A stretch of 64,000 bases of DNA from Bryobacterales bacterium (GCA_009697505.1 SHUD01000003.1:21919-85918); one strand, 5' to 3'. Shown: positions 47,485 to 57,278, counted from the stretch's first letter. Program-made: numbers and translations. The notes: generated by a model from the letters alone, not told the origin.

Positions 47485-50160
47485 GTGAGAACCAGGATCA
47501 TCCAAACAATGTCTTTGGTGGCGCTGCTCACCTTTGGCGCCACAGGATGGAGCGCCAATAACAATAGCAATGGAGTCGGCCGGACTCCTCCATCTGCCCC
47601 CTCTGATCTTGCCGCCACCTCCGGCGATAAACAGGTGGTGCTCACGTGGGGCAGCGTGAAGCGCGCCAGCACGTACAACGTTTACATGGGCACCAGTCAG
47701 AACGGAGAAAGCCAAACACCGGTCGCGACCAACGTCGGCGCGACCACGTTCACCAAGACGGGGCTTACCAACGGCGTCAAGTACTTCTTCAAGATCACCG
47801 CCGTGAACTCGTTCGGAAGCAGCCCTCTCTCGAACGAAGCCAGCGCGATGCCCGTAGCGCCGCCGGCGGTCCCTCCCGCGCCCGCGAATCTCGGTGCCGC
47901 CGCGGGAGATCAACGCGTGGTTCTGACATGGGCTGCTTCCACGGGCGCGGCCAGCTACAACCTGTACCGTGGGACCAGCGCGGGCGGAGAAGCGGCGGCG
48001 CCCGTGAAGACACTGATTACCGGTACAACCTACACCGACATGGGGTTGACCAACGGGGTCACGTACTTCTACAAAGTGGCGGCCGTGAACACCGCGGGAA
48101 CGAGCGGCAGTTCCAATGAAGCCAAGGCGACGCCGGTTGCGCCGCCGGCGGTCCCTCCCGCGCCCGCGAATCTCGGCGCCGCCGCGGGAGATCAGCGCGT
48201 GGTTCTGACATGGGCTGCGTCCACGGGCGCGGCCAGCTACAACCTGTACCGTGGGACCAGCGCGGGAGGTGAATCGGCAACGCCAGTCAAAACCCTGATC
48301 ACCGGTACAACCTATACCGACATGGGATTGACCAACGGAGTCACCTATTTCTACAAAGTGGCAGCCCTGAACAACGCGGGAACCAGCGGCGCATCCAACG
48401 AGGCTAGCGCGGCCCCCAGCGCGCCAACGGCCATTCCACCGGCGCCCGCAAAGCTCACTGCCGCCGCCGGGAACCAGAGTATTGTCCTCACCTGGGCCGC
48501 CTCTACGGGCGCGGCGAGTTACAACCTGTATCGCGGGACCAGCGCGGGCGGAGAGCCGCCAACACCCGTGAAGACACTCATCACCGGCCCCACTTACACT
48601 GACACGGGGCTCACGAACGGAGTCATGTATTTCTACAAAGTCGACGCCGTGAACACTGCGGGAACCAGTGGCAAGTCCAACGAGGCCAGCGCTGCGCCCA
48701 GCGCACCCGTCGCGCCGTTGACTCCGGAACAGAAAGAGGCGTTCCGGTTCCTGCGCCAGTCGACTTTCGGTCCCAACCTGACTTTGGTGAATCATGTGGT
48801 GCAGGTGGGCAAAGCCACATTTCTCGACGAACAGTTTGCCCTGACGCCCACTCCTTATCCCGATGCGCTGATCACGATGCCAAACATGGAACTGGTCTCC
48901 GAACAGTTCTTTCAAAACGCGATTCAGGGCCAGGACCAATTACGGCAGAGGGTCGCCTGGGCGCTCAGCCAGATATTCGTGACTTCCGCCGTGAAAGTGG
49001 ATAACACACACGCGATGGTTCCCTACATTCGGATGCTGGAGCAGGGTGCGTTCGGCAATGTTCTGGACCTGATGCGCAATGTGACGCTCAGTCCGGCGAT
49101 GGGCGAATTTCTCGACATGGTCAATAACCTGAAAGCCACCAGCTCGACCATGCCCAACGAGAACTACGCGCGCGAGTGGATGCAACTATTGTCCATCGGC
49201 CTGCAGGAGCTGAATAACGATGGGACACCCATGTTGAACAGCAGCGGACATACCATACCCACGTATACGCAATCCGACATCGCGAATCTGGCGCGGGTGC
49301 TGACCGGATGGACCTATGGTGACGCGAACGCGACGAATCCCACGAACTTGAATCCGCCGTATTACGAAGGCCCGATGAAGCCGGTCGCCATCTATCACGA
49401 TACTGGCCAAAAGGTGGCCTTGGGCGCGACGTTCAACGCCGGACAGACCGCGCAACAGGATCTAGATCAGGCGCTCACTGTGATCTTCGGTCATCACAAC
49501 GTGGGTCCGTTCCTGTCGCGGCAGTTGATCCAAAAACTGGTGACGTCGAATCCCAGTCCAACATATATCAACGACGTGGCGACGGTTTTTAACAATAACG
49601 GACAAGGCGTTCGTGGAGACTTGAAGGCCGTTGTGCGGGCGATTCTGCTGCACCCGGAAGCCGTCAATGGGACCGCGACATCCGGGAAATTCCAGGAGCC
49701 GTCCCTCTATCTGGCTGGACTGAGCCGGGCGTTGGGCGCGGCCATCGTCGACCATCCGTTCCTAACGGATTTCTCGCAGAGCCTCTCGCAGCGGATCTGG
49801 TTCGCGCCGAGCGTGTTCAACTACTATTCGCCCAATTTCCGCGCGGGAACGCTATTCGCTCCGGAGATGCAGATCTGGACCACGGCAACCGCCATGACTC
49901 GCACGAATTTTGCCGCCACGCTGTTGAGCGGTGGATTCGGATCGGAGGTGACGGTCGACTATAGTCTATACCTGAACGTTGCCGGGAGTCCCAGCGCCCT
50001 GGTCGATCTGGTGGATGGCCGCATTATGGGCGACGTCATGTCCCCGGAGATGAAGCAGGCAATCCTCACGGCGCTGGCGGCAACCACAAGCAATGAAGAG
50101 CGCGTCCAGACTGCGATTTATCTTGCTGTGACCTCCATGCAATACCAAGTCGAACACTAA
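47485..50160 (+). CDS. Secreted protein with four FN3 repeats plus DUF1800
   Basis: Four FN3 units (W....GA.SYN.YR, TYTD.GLTNG..Y.YKV.A.N); RFL.QSTFGP, DQLRQRVAWALSQIFV, PNENYARE. Confidence 0.88.
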   Translation: MRTRIIQTMSLVALLTFGATGWSANNNSNGVGRTPPSAPSDLAATSGDKQVVLTWGSVKRASTYNVYMGTSQNGESQTPVATNVGATTFTKTGLTNGVKYFFKITAVNSFGSSPLSNEASAMPVAPPAVPPAPANLGAAAGDQRVVLTWAASTGAASYNLYRGTSAGGEAAAPVKTLITGTTYTDMGLTNGVTYFYKVAAVNTAGTSGSSNEAKATPVAPPAVPPAPANLGAAAGDQRVVLTWAASTGAASYNLYRGTSAGGESATPVKTLITGTTYTDMGLTNGVTYFYKVAALNNAGTSGASNEASAAPSAPTAIPPAPAKLTAAAGNQSIVLTWAASTGAASYNLYRGTSAGGEPPTPVKTLITGPTYTDTGLTNGVMYFYKVDAVNTAGTSGKSNEASAAPSAPVAPLTPEQKEAFRFLRQSTFGPNLTLVNHVVQVGKATFLDEQFALTPTPYPDALITMPNMELVSEQFFQNAIQGQDQLRQRVAWALSQIFVTSAVKVDNTHAMVPYIRMLEQGAFGNVLDLMRNVTLSPAMGEFLDMVNNLKATSSTMPNENYAREWMQLLSIGLQELNNDGTPMLNSSGHTIPTYTQSDIANLARVLTGWTYGDANATNPTNLNPPYYEGPMKPVAIYHDTGQKVALGATFNAGQTAQQDLDQALTVIFGHHNVGPFLSRQLIQKLVTSNPSPTYINDVATVFNNNGQGVRGDLKAVVRAILLHPEAVNGTATSGKFQEPSLYLAGLSRALGAAIVDHPFLTDFSQSLSQRIWFAPSVFNYYSPNFRAGTLFAPEMQIWTTATAMTRTNFAATLLSGGFGSEVTVDYSLYLNVAGSPSALVDLVDGRIMGDVMSPEMKQAILTALAATTSNEERVQTAIYLAVTSMQYQVEH

Positions 50161-50191
50161 ACAGGTTGAACACTAAACAGGAGACACATCC

Positions 50192-51526
50192 ATGCGAACC
50201 CGCCGACAATTCTTGAAACGCTGCTGTGCTCTGGGAGCCGCGGGCGCCGCGGCGCACGTCACGCGCCTGGGCCTGATGAGCGCCCACGCGCAAAGCACCT
50301 CCACCTACAAAGCCCTGGTGTGCGTGTTCATGTTCGGAGGCAACGATGCCAACAACATGATCGTGCCGGCCAGTGCTGCCGGATACAACGCGTATACCAG
50401 CGTGCGCGGCGGGCTGGCCCTTCCGCAAGGCTCGTTGCTCCCGGTAAGCGCTCAAGGAGGCACGGCCTATGGCTTGCATCCGCAGTTGAACAATGTGCGC
50501 AACCTGTACAACCAGGGCAAAGTGGCGATGATTTTCAACGTCGGCACGCTGGTCCGGCCCACTTCGAAGGCCCAATACCAAAGCGGCAGCGTCGCCCTGC
50601 CGCGTAACTTGTACTCGCACTCCGATCAGCAATCGCAATGGCAAACGTCGAATCCGACGGTTGCGGGCGGAACGGGATGGGGAGGCCGCGTCAACGATCT
50701 TCTGGCTCCCGGCGCGCCCTTTCCGCCCGGGGTTTCCGTGGCCGGCAATTCCGCGCTATTGGCGGGGGCGGTGACTACCGGCATCAATATTTCACCGGGC
50801 TCGAACTTTGGACTGGATACCTTCGGCAGCCAGGTGGCTTCGGATGCCAGGTTCGCGGCGATGCAGCAGATATTGACGTTCAATTCCGGTGTTCAATTGA
50901 TCGGCTCGGCAAATGGGGTGTTGAGCAACGCCGTGAAAGCAGCCCAGGATATCAATCTTGCGTTGGCGAGCGGAACACCGATCGCGACGGTATTTCCCAA
51001 CTCCGGATTGGGGCAGCAGTTACTGCAAGTAGCCAAGATCATCCAGGTGCGCGGCGCGCTCGGTATGGACCGGCAAATCTTTTTCGCCAGCATGGGTGGC
51101 TTCGACAACCACAGCAACCTGGTTGCCGACCAGGCTCCGTTACTGCAGCAGCTGGATGGCGCACTGGGCGCGTTCCAGACTGCGCTGGCCGAGTTGGGCG
51201 TGGAACCCAACGTCGTCACTTTCACGGAATCGGAATTCAGCAGGACGGGCAACGCGAGCGCGACCGCCGGTAGCGACCACGCCTGGGGCGGGCATCACTT
51301 CGTGATGGGTGCGCCCATTCACGGCGGCGAAGCCTACGGAACGTTCCCGACGTGGCAATTGCAGGGGCCCGACGACGTCAGCAACCGGGGCGTGTGGCTG
51401 CCGACCACGTCGCTGGATCAATACGCGGCGACCATGGCCTCCTGGTTCGGCGTACTCGACCCAAGCCTTACATCGGTATTCCCGAATCTAGGCAACTTCG
51501 CTACACCCAAGCTGGCGTTCTTGTAG
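50192..51526 (+). CDS. DUF1501 Tat-exported protein
   Basis: RRQFLK; YKALVC.F..GGND.NN, SHSDQ, GFD.H, SEF.R, G.DHAWGG. Confidence 0.9.
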   Translation: MRTRRQFLKRCCALGAAGAAAHVTRLGLMSAHAQSTSTYKALVCVFMFGGNDANNMIVPASAAGYNAYTSVRGGLALPQGSLLPVSAQGGTAYGLHPQLNNVRNLYNQGKVAMIFNVGTLVRPTSKAQYQSGSVALPRNLYSHSDQQSQWQTSNPTVAGGTGWGGRVNDLLAPGAPFPPGVSVAGNSALLAGAVTTGINISPGSNFGLDTFGSQVASDARFAAMQQILTFNSGVQLIGSANGVLSNAVKAAQDINLALASGTPIATVFPNSGLGQQLLQVAKIIQVRGALGMDRQIFFASMGGFDNHSNLVADQAPLLQQLDGALGAFQTALAELGVEPNVVTFTESEFSRTGNASATAGSDHAWGGHHFVMGAPIHGGEAYGTFPTWQLQGPDDVSNRGVWLPTTSLDQYAATMASWFGVLDPSLTSVFPNLGNFATPKLAFL

Positions 51527-51529
51527 TGC

Positions 51530-52213
51530 TCAGCGGGCGCTTACCTTTTCGGCGAGAAGAATCGCTTCCGTCACGTCACGCAAATCGTGGCCGATGATGT
51601 CGGGTTTGGGGAAGGCCGGAAAGAGCGCTTTGCCGGGCCGCGCGATGAATGCCGCGGCACAGCCGGCCTGCATGGCTCCGCCCACGTCCCAGGCGTGCGC
51701 GGCGATCATGCGCAGTTGGCTGGTCTCGACGCCGAGCTCGCGCGCCACCATGCGATAGGGTTCCGGCGCCGGCTTGAAGCGCTGCACGGAGTCGACCGAG
51801 AAGATCCGCGTAAAGAACGGCTTCAGGTTCGCATTGGCGATCTGCGCCTCCGCAACAGCGGGCGGCGAGTTGGTCAACGTGACCATCTGAAAACCGGCGA
51901 CCTTCAGCCGCGCCAGGCTCTCGGGGACTTCGGGATGCGGCGGAAGATTGCGGATCCCGCCGATGATCTGCTGCGCGGCTTCAGCGGACAGCTCTTTGCC
52001 ATGTGCGGCGGCCGTCATTTCCAAAGCGGCGCGCGCGACTTCGCCAAAGTTCTTGTAATTTCCCGCAAGGGTGACGGCTTCGGAAAACAGAATCACCTGA
52101 TTGAACCACTCGAGCAGCACGGCTTGGTCGCCAAACAGGCGTGCGAAGTGAGGCTCCAGCGCGCGCAGGTCGAGCAGAGTTTCGTTAACGTCGAAAACCA
52201 GGACGCGAGGCAT
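51530..52213 (-). CDS. Haloacid dehalogenase type II
   Basis: FDVNETLLD, TLTN, FKP.P.PY, AAHAWD..GA. Confidence 0.9.
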   Translation of the reverse strand: MPRVLVFDVNETLLDLRALEPHFARLFGDQAVLLEWFNQVILFSEAVTLAGNYKNFGEVARAALEMTAAAHGKELSAEAAQQIIGGIRNLPPHPEVPESLARLKVAGFQMVTLTNSPPAVAEAQIANANLKPFFTRIFSVDSVQRFKPAPEPYRMVARELGVETSQLRMIAAHAWDVGGAMQAGCAAAFIARPGKALFPAFPKPDIIGHDLRDVTEAILLAEKVSAR

Positions 52214-52233
52214 GGGCTCCTCTCAGCGGGGTG

Positions 52234-53016
52234 TCAAATGCCCCCATACCAGGAGAAACCTCTTTCCGGAGACGACGAGCCCCAACCCTTGCCGTAGGGC
52301 TTCACGGTGTCCGTGACGGTGAGGCGCGTCAGATACTTCAGGCTCTTGAAGCCCAGCTGGCGCGGGACGCGCACCCGCAGCGGAGCGCCATGATCGAGCG
52401 GCAGATCCTGACCGTTCATCCCATAGGCGAGCAGAGTCTGCGGATGCCAGGCGTCTTCCATGTCCAGGCTCCCCCACTTCTTGCCCAGCGGCGAGCCTTT
52501 TTCAGGGAGGGAGAAAAACATGACGTACTTGGCCCGCGGATGCGCTCCGGCAAGATTCAAGATGTGAGACAGCAGCACGCCGGTCGATTCGGCAATGAAA
52601 GACCAGCCCTCTTCGCAAGCCTGATGCGTGATGTGACTGCGGGCGGGGAAACTCTTGAGATCGGTCAGCGAAAGCGTCAAGGGGCGCGCTACCATGCCGT
52701 CGACGGTCAGCCGCCAATCGGCGAATCCGTCCGCCGCCATGCGCTTATAATCATCCGTTGCCGGAGGCAGCCCGTTCACGGAAGCGATTGTCGAGATTTG
52801 GCTGCGGTCAAATTCACGGGCCAGCGTCTGTTTCGGCATCAGAATCCGGTGCGCGGCGTAGGTCAGTGTTTGCCCGATTCCATAAGGACCGTAGTGGTCC
52901 GGCGGAATCATGCCGTACTTGCTGATAAGGTGCCCGGCGGTGGCCAGTCCGGCTGCACCGGCAGCGGCCCCCAGTCCGGCTCTGATGAGTTTACGGCGCG
53001 AGGTCACGTCGCTCAT
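52234..53016 (-). CDS. Tat-exported molybdopterin oxidoreductase (sulfite oxidase/MsrP-like)
   Basis: SRRKL; H.CEEGWS, HPQTLLAY.MNG..L...HGAPLR...P.QLGFK..K. Confidence 0.88.
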   Translation of the reverse strand: MSDVTSRRKLIRAGLGAAAGAAGLATAGHLISKYGMIPPDHYGPYGIGQTLTYAAHRILMPKQTLAREFDRSQISTIASVNGLPPATDDYKRMAADGFADWRLTVDGMVARPLTLSLTDLKSFPARSHITHQACEEGWSFIAESTGVLLSHILNLAGAHPRAKYVMFFSLPEKGSPLGKKWGSLDMEDAWHPQTLLAYGMNGQDLPLDHGAPLRVRVPRQLGFKSLKYLTRLTVTDTVKPYGKGWGSSSPERGFSWYGGI

Positions 53017-53654
53017 GCGCGCTCCTTTCCGAAGATCATCGCCAAGAACTGTTTCCTAAAGCCGGACGCGTACACCATGGCGAGGTGGCCGACGAAAAAC
53101 ACGACGATGGCAATGGCGGCAAAAAAGTGCAGTGTACGCGCGGATTGCTGTCCGCCGAGGCTAGTCACGAACGCCGGCGCCAGCGATGTGAGCGCCGGAG
53201 ACATGGCGAATCCAGTCCAGGTCAGAAACGGAAGCAGGCCGAAGATAACCGACAGGTAGGCCATCCTTTGCAGTACGTCATAGTTTTCATTGGGCGTCAC
53301 GAGACGGCGGCGGAAGTGCCGCGTGACCAGGCCGGAGAGCGCATACACCAAACCATTGGCGACACAAATCCAGGCGACCAGGAAGTGCAGGTTGCGGCCC
53401 CATCCCGACGGTCCGCCTTTCATGTAGGGAAGGGGCAATTCGAAGACGTACGGCGTCCCCAATCCACCCGTCTCACCCCAATAGAAACGCGGATGCGCGA
53501 TGAGAATCGCGAAGCCGCTGACCACCAAGCCGAAAAAGCTCAGTGCGTTGATCCAGTGGGTGACGCGGACAATCGCAGAGTGCCGGGAAGACTCCGGAAC
53601 GCCCGCCAGTGGCGTTGCCTGCGCCGAAGTGTAGGCAGACTGAGCCGTTGCCAT
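53013..53654 (-). CDS. Membrane cytochrome b partner
   Basis: VRVTHW.NA, WGR.LHF, Y..LQR.AY, ARTLHF, H..M. Confidence 0.85.
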   Translation of the reverse strand: MATAQSAYTSAQATPLAGVPESSRHSAIVRVTHWINALSFFGLVVSGFAILIAHPRFYWGETGGLGTPYVFELPLPYMKGGPSGWGRNLHFLVAWICVANGLVYALSGLVTRHFRRRLVTPNENYDVLQRMAYLSVIFGLLPFLTWTGFAMSPALTSLAPAFVTSLGGQQSARTLHFFAAIAIVVFFVGHLAMVYASGFRKQFLAMIFGKERA

Positions 53655-53691
53655 GCCGCGATAGTATCACGAACGTGGTAGACTGCGCCCG

Positions 53692-54714
53692 ATGGCGCAA
53701 ATTACCAATTTCAAACTGCTCTTGGCCAGTGGGCTGCTTTTGGCGGGCTCGCTTGAGATTTCTCATGTGCTGGCGCAGAGCCAGCCTAACGGCCGGCCGC
53801 TGGCAACGCCCACGGATTACCTCCGCTGGCGGGGCGAACTCAAGAACTGGGGCCGCTGGGGTGCGAACGACGAAAAAGGGACCTCCAACCTGATCACGGC
53901 GAGCAAGATCGCGAGCGCGGCGCGGTTGGTCAAGTCTGGCATCGTCGTGTCGCTGGCGCGGCCGGTTCCGCAGGTGTCCGATCCGGAAGTGCCCCCGGCG
54001 GGAGTCTTCCACCGCACCACCAACGCCATCAGCGACACCAACACCACCGACAACTACCAGGTCAGCTATCACGGCCTGAGCGTGTCGCACATGGATTCGT
54101 TCTGCCACTTCTTCTTAGACGGCACGCTTTATAACGGTTACAAGGCGAGCGAGAACATCTCGCCGGAAGCCGGCTGCAAGAAAGACAGCGTCATGGCATG
54201 GCGGGACGGCATCGTGACGCGCGGCGTCATCTATGACATGCCGCAACTGAAGGGCGTCGATACCATCGAGCCGGGGACACCGATCACGCGCGCGGACCTG
54301 GAAGCGTGGGAGAGGAAGTCCGGCGTCAAGGCCGGGCCCGGCGACATCATCTTCCTGTATATCGGACGCTGGAAGCGGCGCGTCACGTCGGGCCCGAGTC
54401 CGGGCGTGGTGGCGGGATATCATCCCGATGTGATCCCGTGGATCAAGGAGCGCGACGTCGCTTTCGTCGGTCACGACTTCAACATCGACTGGAGCCCTCG
54501 GCCCGGCTGGGGCGAAGCGGAAAAGATCCCGCGCAACCCTGTGCACCAGGCCGTGCTGAACTGGATGGGCGTGAATATCGTGGAGAATCTGGACCTGGAG
54601 GCTCTGGCGCAGACCGCCCGGCGGCTCAAGCGCTATGAGTTCATGATCACGTTCGCGCCCATCCCGGTGGAGGGCGGTACGGGATCGCCAGTGAATCCAC
54701 TGGCGGTTTTCTAG
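53692..54714 (+). CDS. Secreted cyclase-family metallohydrolase
   Basis: NWGRWG..DE.GT.N, SH.D..CH, ENLDLE.L, GTGSPVNP.A. Confidence 0.88.
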   Translation: MAQITNFKLLLASGLLLAGSLEISHVLAQSQPNGRPLATPTDYLRWRGELKNWGRWGANDEKGTSNLITASKIASAARLVKSGIVVSLARPVPQVSDPEVPPAGVFHRTTNAISDTNTTDNYQVSYHGLSVSHMDSFCHFFLDGTLYNGYKASENISPEAGCKKDSVMAWRDGIVTRGVIYDMPQLKGVDTIEPGTPITRADLEAWERKSGVKAGPGDIIFLYIGRWKRRVTSGPSPGVVAGYHPDVIPWIKERDVAFVGHDFNIDWSPRPGWGEAEKIPRNPVHQAVLNWMGVNIVENLDLEALAQTARRLKRYEFMITFAPIPVEGGTGSPVNPLAVF

Positions 54715-54752
54715 AGCGTTTCGAGATAAGATAGCGTTTCAAGGAGATTGCC

Positions 54753-55835
54753 ATGCGTAAAGCTTTTTTGTTCTTACTGGCGCCCTGTTTGCTGCTGGCC
54801 CAGGCGTCCAAACCGCTGGATATCTACGTGGTGGATGTGGAAGGCGGCAATGCCACGCTGTTCGTCGCGCCCACCGGAGAGTCGCTGTTGATCGATACCG
54901 GCAATGCCGGCGCGCAGGCGGCGGTCCGCGACGCCACGCGAATAGTGGAAGCAGCGAAAGCAGCGGGACTTTCCAAAATTGATCACGTGATCATCACGCA
55001 TTGGCACGGCGATCACTTCGGCGGCCTGGAAGAGCTGGCGGCGCGCATGCCGATCGGCGAATTCATCGACCACGGCCCGAATGTGCAGCCGGGTGAGCTG
55101 CCGGACAACTTTCTCAAGAACGTTTATCCCAAGCTCTACGCCAAGTCCAAGCACACGGTGGCGAAGCCGGGCGACAAGATCGCGCTCGGTGGCGTGGACG
55201 TGCGCGTAGTGAGTTCGGCCGGTGAAATCATCAAGTCGCCGCTGGCGGGTGGCGGGAAGCCGAATCCCACGTGCGCGAGCTTCAAAACCTCCGAGAGCAA
55301 CCAGGAAGATCCGATGTCGGTCTCAGTCTATGTGACCTATGGGAAGTTCCGCACCTATCACGAGGGGGATCTCCCCAAGGCCAAGGAGTTCGAGGTGATG
55401 TGCCCGAACGCCAAGCTGGCGCCGGTGGATGTGCTTTTAGGCCTGCACCATGGCGTGGCGACCTCGAACTCGCCGGTGATGATTCACGGGCTCCACCCGC
55501 GCGTGGCCATCATGAACAACGGCACGCGGAAGGGCGGCGACCCGGACGTGATGATGGCCATCCACACTTCGCCGGGTCTCGAGGATCTTTGGCAGATTCA
55601 CTTCTCGACGTTGAGCGGGCAGGAATACACGATGCCGGGAATGTTCATCGCCAATACCGCTGACGATCAGCCCGCGGGGATGCCGATTGCGGCGGTTAAG
55701 GCTCCGGCGCCGGGACCGAACGCCCCGCCCCCGCCGGCACACAATGGCAAGGCGTATTGGATCAAGTTATCCGCGCAGAGTAACGGTTCCTTCACAGTCA
55801 CCAACACACGGAATAACTTCAGCAAGACCTACTAG
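54753..55835 (+). CDS. Secreted MBL-fold hydrolase (ComEC/Rec2-like)
   Basis: DVEGG.ATL, LIDTG, THWHGDH, GD, HHG. Confidence 0.88.
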   Translation: MRKAFLFLLAPCLLLAQASKPLDIYVVDVEGGNATLFVAPTGESLLIDTGNAGAQAAVRDATRIVEAAKAAGLSKIDHVIITHWHGDHFGGLEELAARMPIGEFIDHGPNVQPGELPDNFLKNVYPKLYAKSKHTVAKPGDKIALGGVDVRVVSSAGEIIKSPLAGGGKPNPTCASFKTSESNQEDPMSVSVYVTYGKFRTYHEGDLPKAKEFEVMCPNAKLAPVDVLLGLHHGVATSNSPVMIHGLHPRVAIMNNGTRKGGDPDVMMAIHTSPGLEDLWQIHFSTLSGQEYTMPGMFIANTADDQPAGMPIAAVKAPAPGPNAPPPPAHNGKAYWIKLSAQSNGSFTVTNTRNNFSKTY

Positions 55836-55855
55836 TGGGTGGAAGTGGGATCGGA

Positions 55856-55960
55856 GTGGAACGGCCTTCAGGCTGCTAGGGGGACTTCAGTCCCCGATCT
55901 TGAGCTGATCCGCACCCCGCAGTGGCTAAAGCCACCGTTGCAGGCTAAAGCCCACTCCAC
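55856..55960. repeat. Inverted doublet of REP-like elements
   Basis: GTGGA...CTTCAGGCTGC...GGGGACTTCAGTCCCC and an inverted GTGGCTAAAGCCAC...GCAGGCTAAAGCCCACTCCAC; between convergent genes. Confidence 0.72.
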
Positions 55961-56012
55961 GAAACAAAATGGGGGGCGGCGGCGCTACCAACTTATTTTC
56001 TAGTTATCGTGC

Positions 56013-56546
56013 TTACTTCGAGTGGGCCTGGATGTAGTCGGCCGCGAACTGCTTCAACACCGGGCTGGTGAGTCCGAGCGCGGTGGCTTCTTCCTGCGCC
56101 TTGGCGAGGTCCCACTTGTCGATGACGACGCGCTTGATCAGCCATACGGCGGAGGCGCGGTTGCCACTGGCGCAATGAATAAACGCCGGCTCGCTGCTGG
56201 GTTCCGCGATCACCCGCAGGAAGCGGTCCGCGGAAGCGGCTTCCGGCATGGTCGAATTCATCGGAATGTTCACGAACTTGATACCGGCGGCCTTGGCGGC
56301 GGCTTCTTCGGCGGCCAGATCGTTACCCGGCTCATTGGGCATGCGGAGATTGATGATGGACGCGAAGCCCATCTTCTTGATCCCCGCCACGGCGGCCGGA
56401 GTCACCGCACCGGCGCAGGCAACCGTCGTCCCCACGCGGGAGAGATTGGTGATCCCTTCCACCTTGTCTTTGGTGACGCCGGCTTGCGCGGCCGCGACGG
56501 ACGCTCCCAGCACGGTAAGGGCAAAACTCAGTAATACGCGTTTCAT
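56013..56546 (-). CDS. Secreted CX5R protein (DUF442/PTP-like, putative sulfurtransferase)
   Basis: Signal peptide; GF.SIINLR...E, FIHCASGNRA. Confidence 0.8.
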   Translation of the reverse strand: MKRVLLSFALTVLGASVAAAQAGVTKDKVEGITNLSRVGTTVACAGAVTPAAVAGIKKMGFASIINLRMPNEPGNDLAAEEAAAKAAGIKFVNIPMNSTMPEAASADRFLRVIAEPSSEPAFIHCASGNRASAVWLIKRVVIDKWDLAKAQEEATALGLTSPVLKQFAADYIQAHSK

Positions 56547-56570
56547 ATTTGATCTCCCCGTTTGTTGAAA

Positions 56571-57278
56571 CTAGACGCTCACGGCCGCCAGCGTAAACCC
56601 GCGCTCCTGCGCGCGATTGACGGCCACGATTCCCGCCGGCACGATGCGCGCATTGGTGATCAGATTCGCGCCCAACTCCTTGACTACGTCCTCGGCCTTT
56701 TGGCCGGTGGCTTCGGCAATCGACCTGCCGTAAGCGCCCGTGGCCAGTCCGCAGACCGCGAACTGCACGCCCATCTTGGCCAGAGCGTCCAGCGTGGTGC
56801 CGCCGGACAATTGCTCGATGTTCTCGGTGGCGTTGAACAGGTTCAACAATGGCGCCGACTTGGTCTTGGGATCTTCGGCTTTGGAGCGCGGGCCCATGAT
56901 CTTTCCGTACTTCGCCCACATGGCGTCGTTATAGCCGAAGGGTGTGGAGCGATGGCGCGCGATGATCACCACCGCCAGATCGCTGCTCGACAGCCCGTAT
57001 CCGCCCTGGTTCCCGCGGAAGAAATTGTTGGTGAACCGAACGGCATCCGCAAACGGCTCAAACGCCGTGGTGTCCAACACCATGCGGTGCTTGCCCGGGA
57101 TCTGATCGTACCAGTCGTCTTTGTCGTGGCGGGCCGGCTCAAAACGCGAGGCCGAGGCCGGCTTGCTCTGGGCCCGCGCGACTCCGCTGACCGCCAACCC
57201 CGCCAGTGCCGCCATCCCGGCATTCATCGACGTGAGAAAGGAACGCCTCACCGGCGCTGACGAATCTTGTTTGCTCAT
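56571..57278 (-). CDS. Tat-exported DsrE-like protein
   Basis: RRSFL leader; GVQFAVC..A, IVPAGIVAV.RAQE.GF. Confidence 0.7.
   Translation of the reverse strand: MSKQDSSAPVRRSFLTSMNAGMAALAGLAVSGVARAQSKPASASRFEPARHDKDDWYDQIPGKHRMVLDTTAFEPFADAVRFTNNFFRGNQGGYGLSSSDLAVVIIARHRSTPFGYNDAMWAKYGKIMGPRSKAEDPKTKSAPLLNLFNATENIEQLSGGTTLDALAKMGVQFAVCGLATGAYGRSIAEATGQKAEDVVKELGANLITNARIVPAGIVAVNRAQERGFTLAAVSV

Noticed and set aside
47570..48720. CRISPR-like or DGR repeats
   Set aside because: In-frame FN3 coding repeats; no reverse transcriptase or spacer structure
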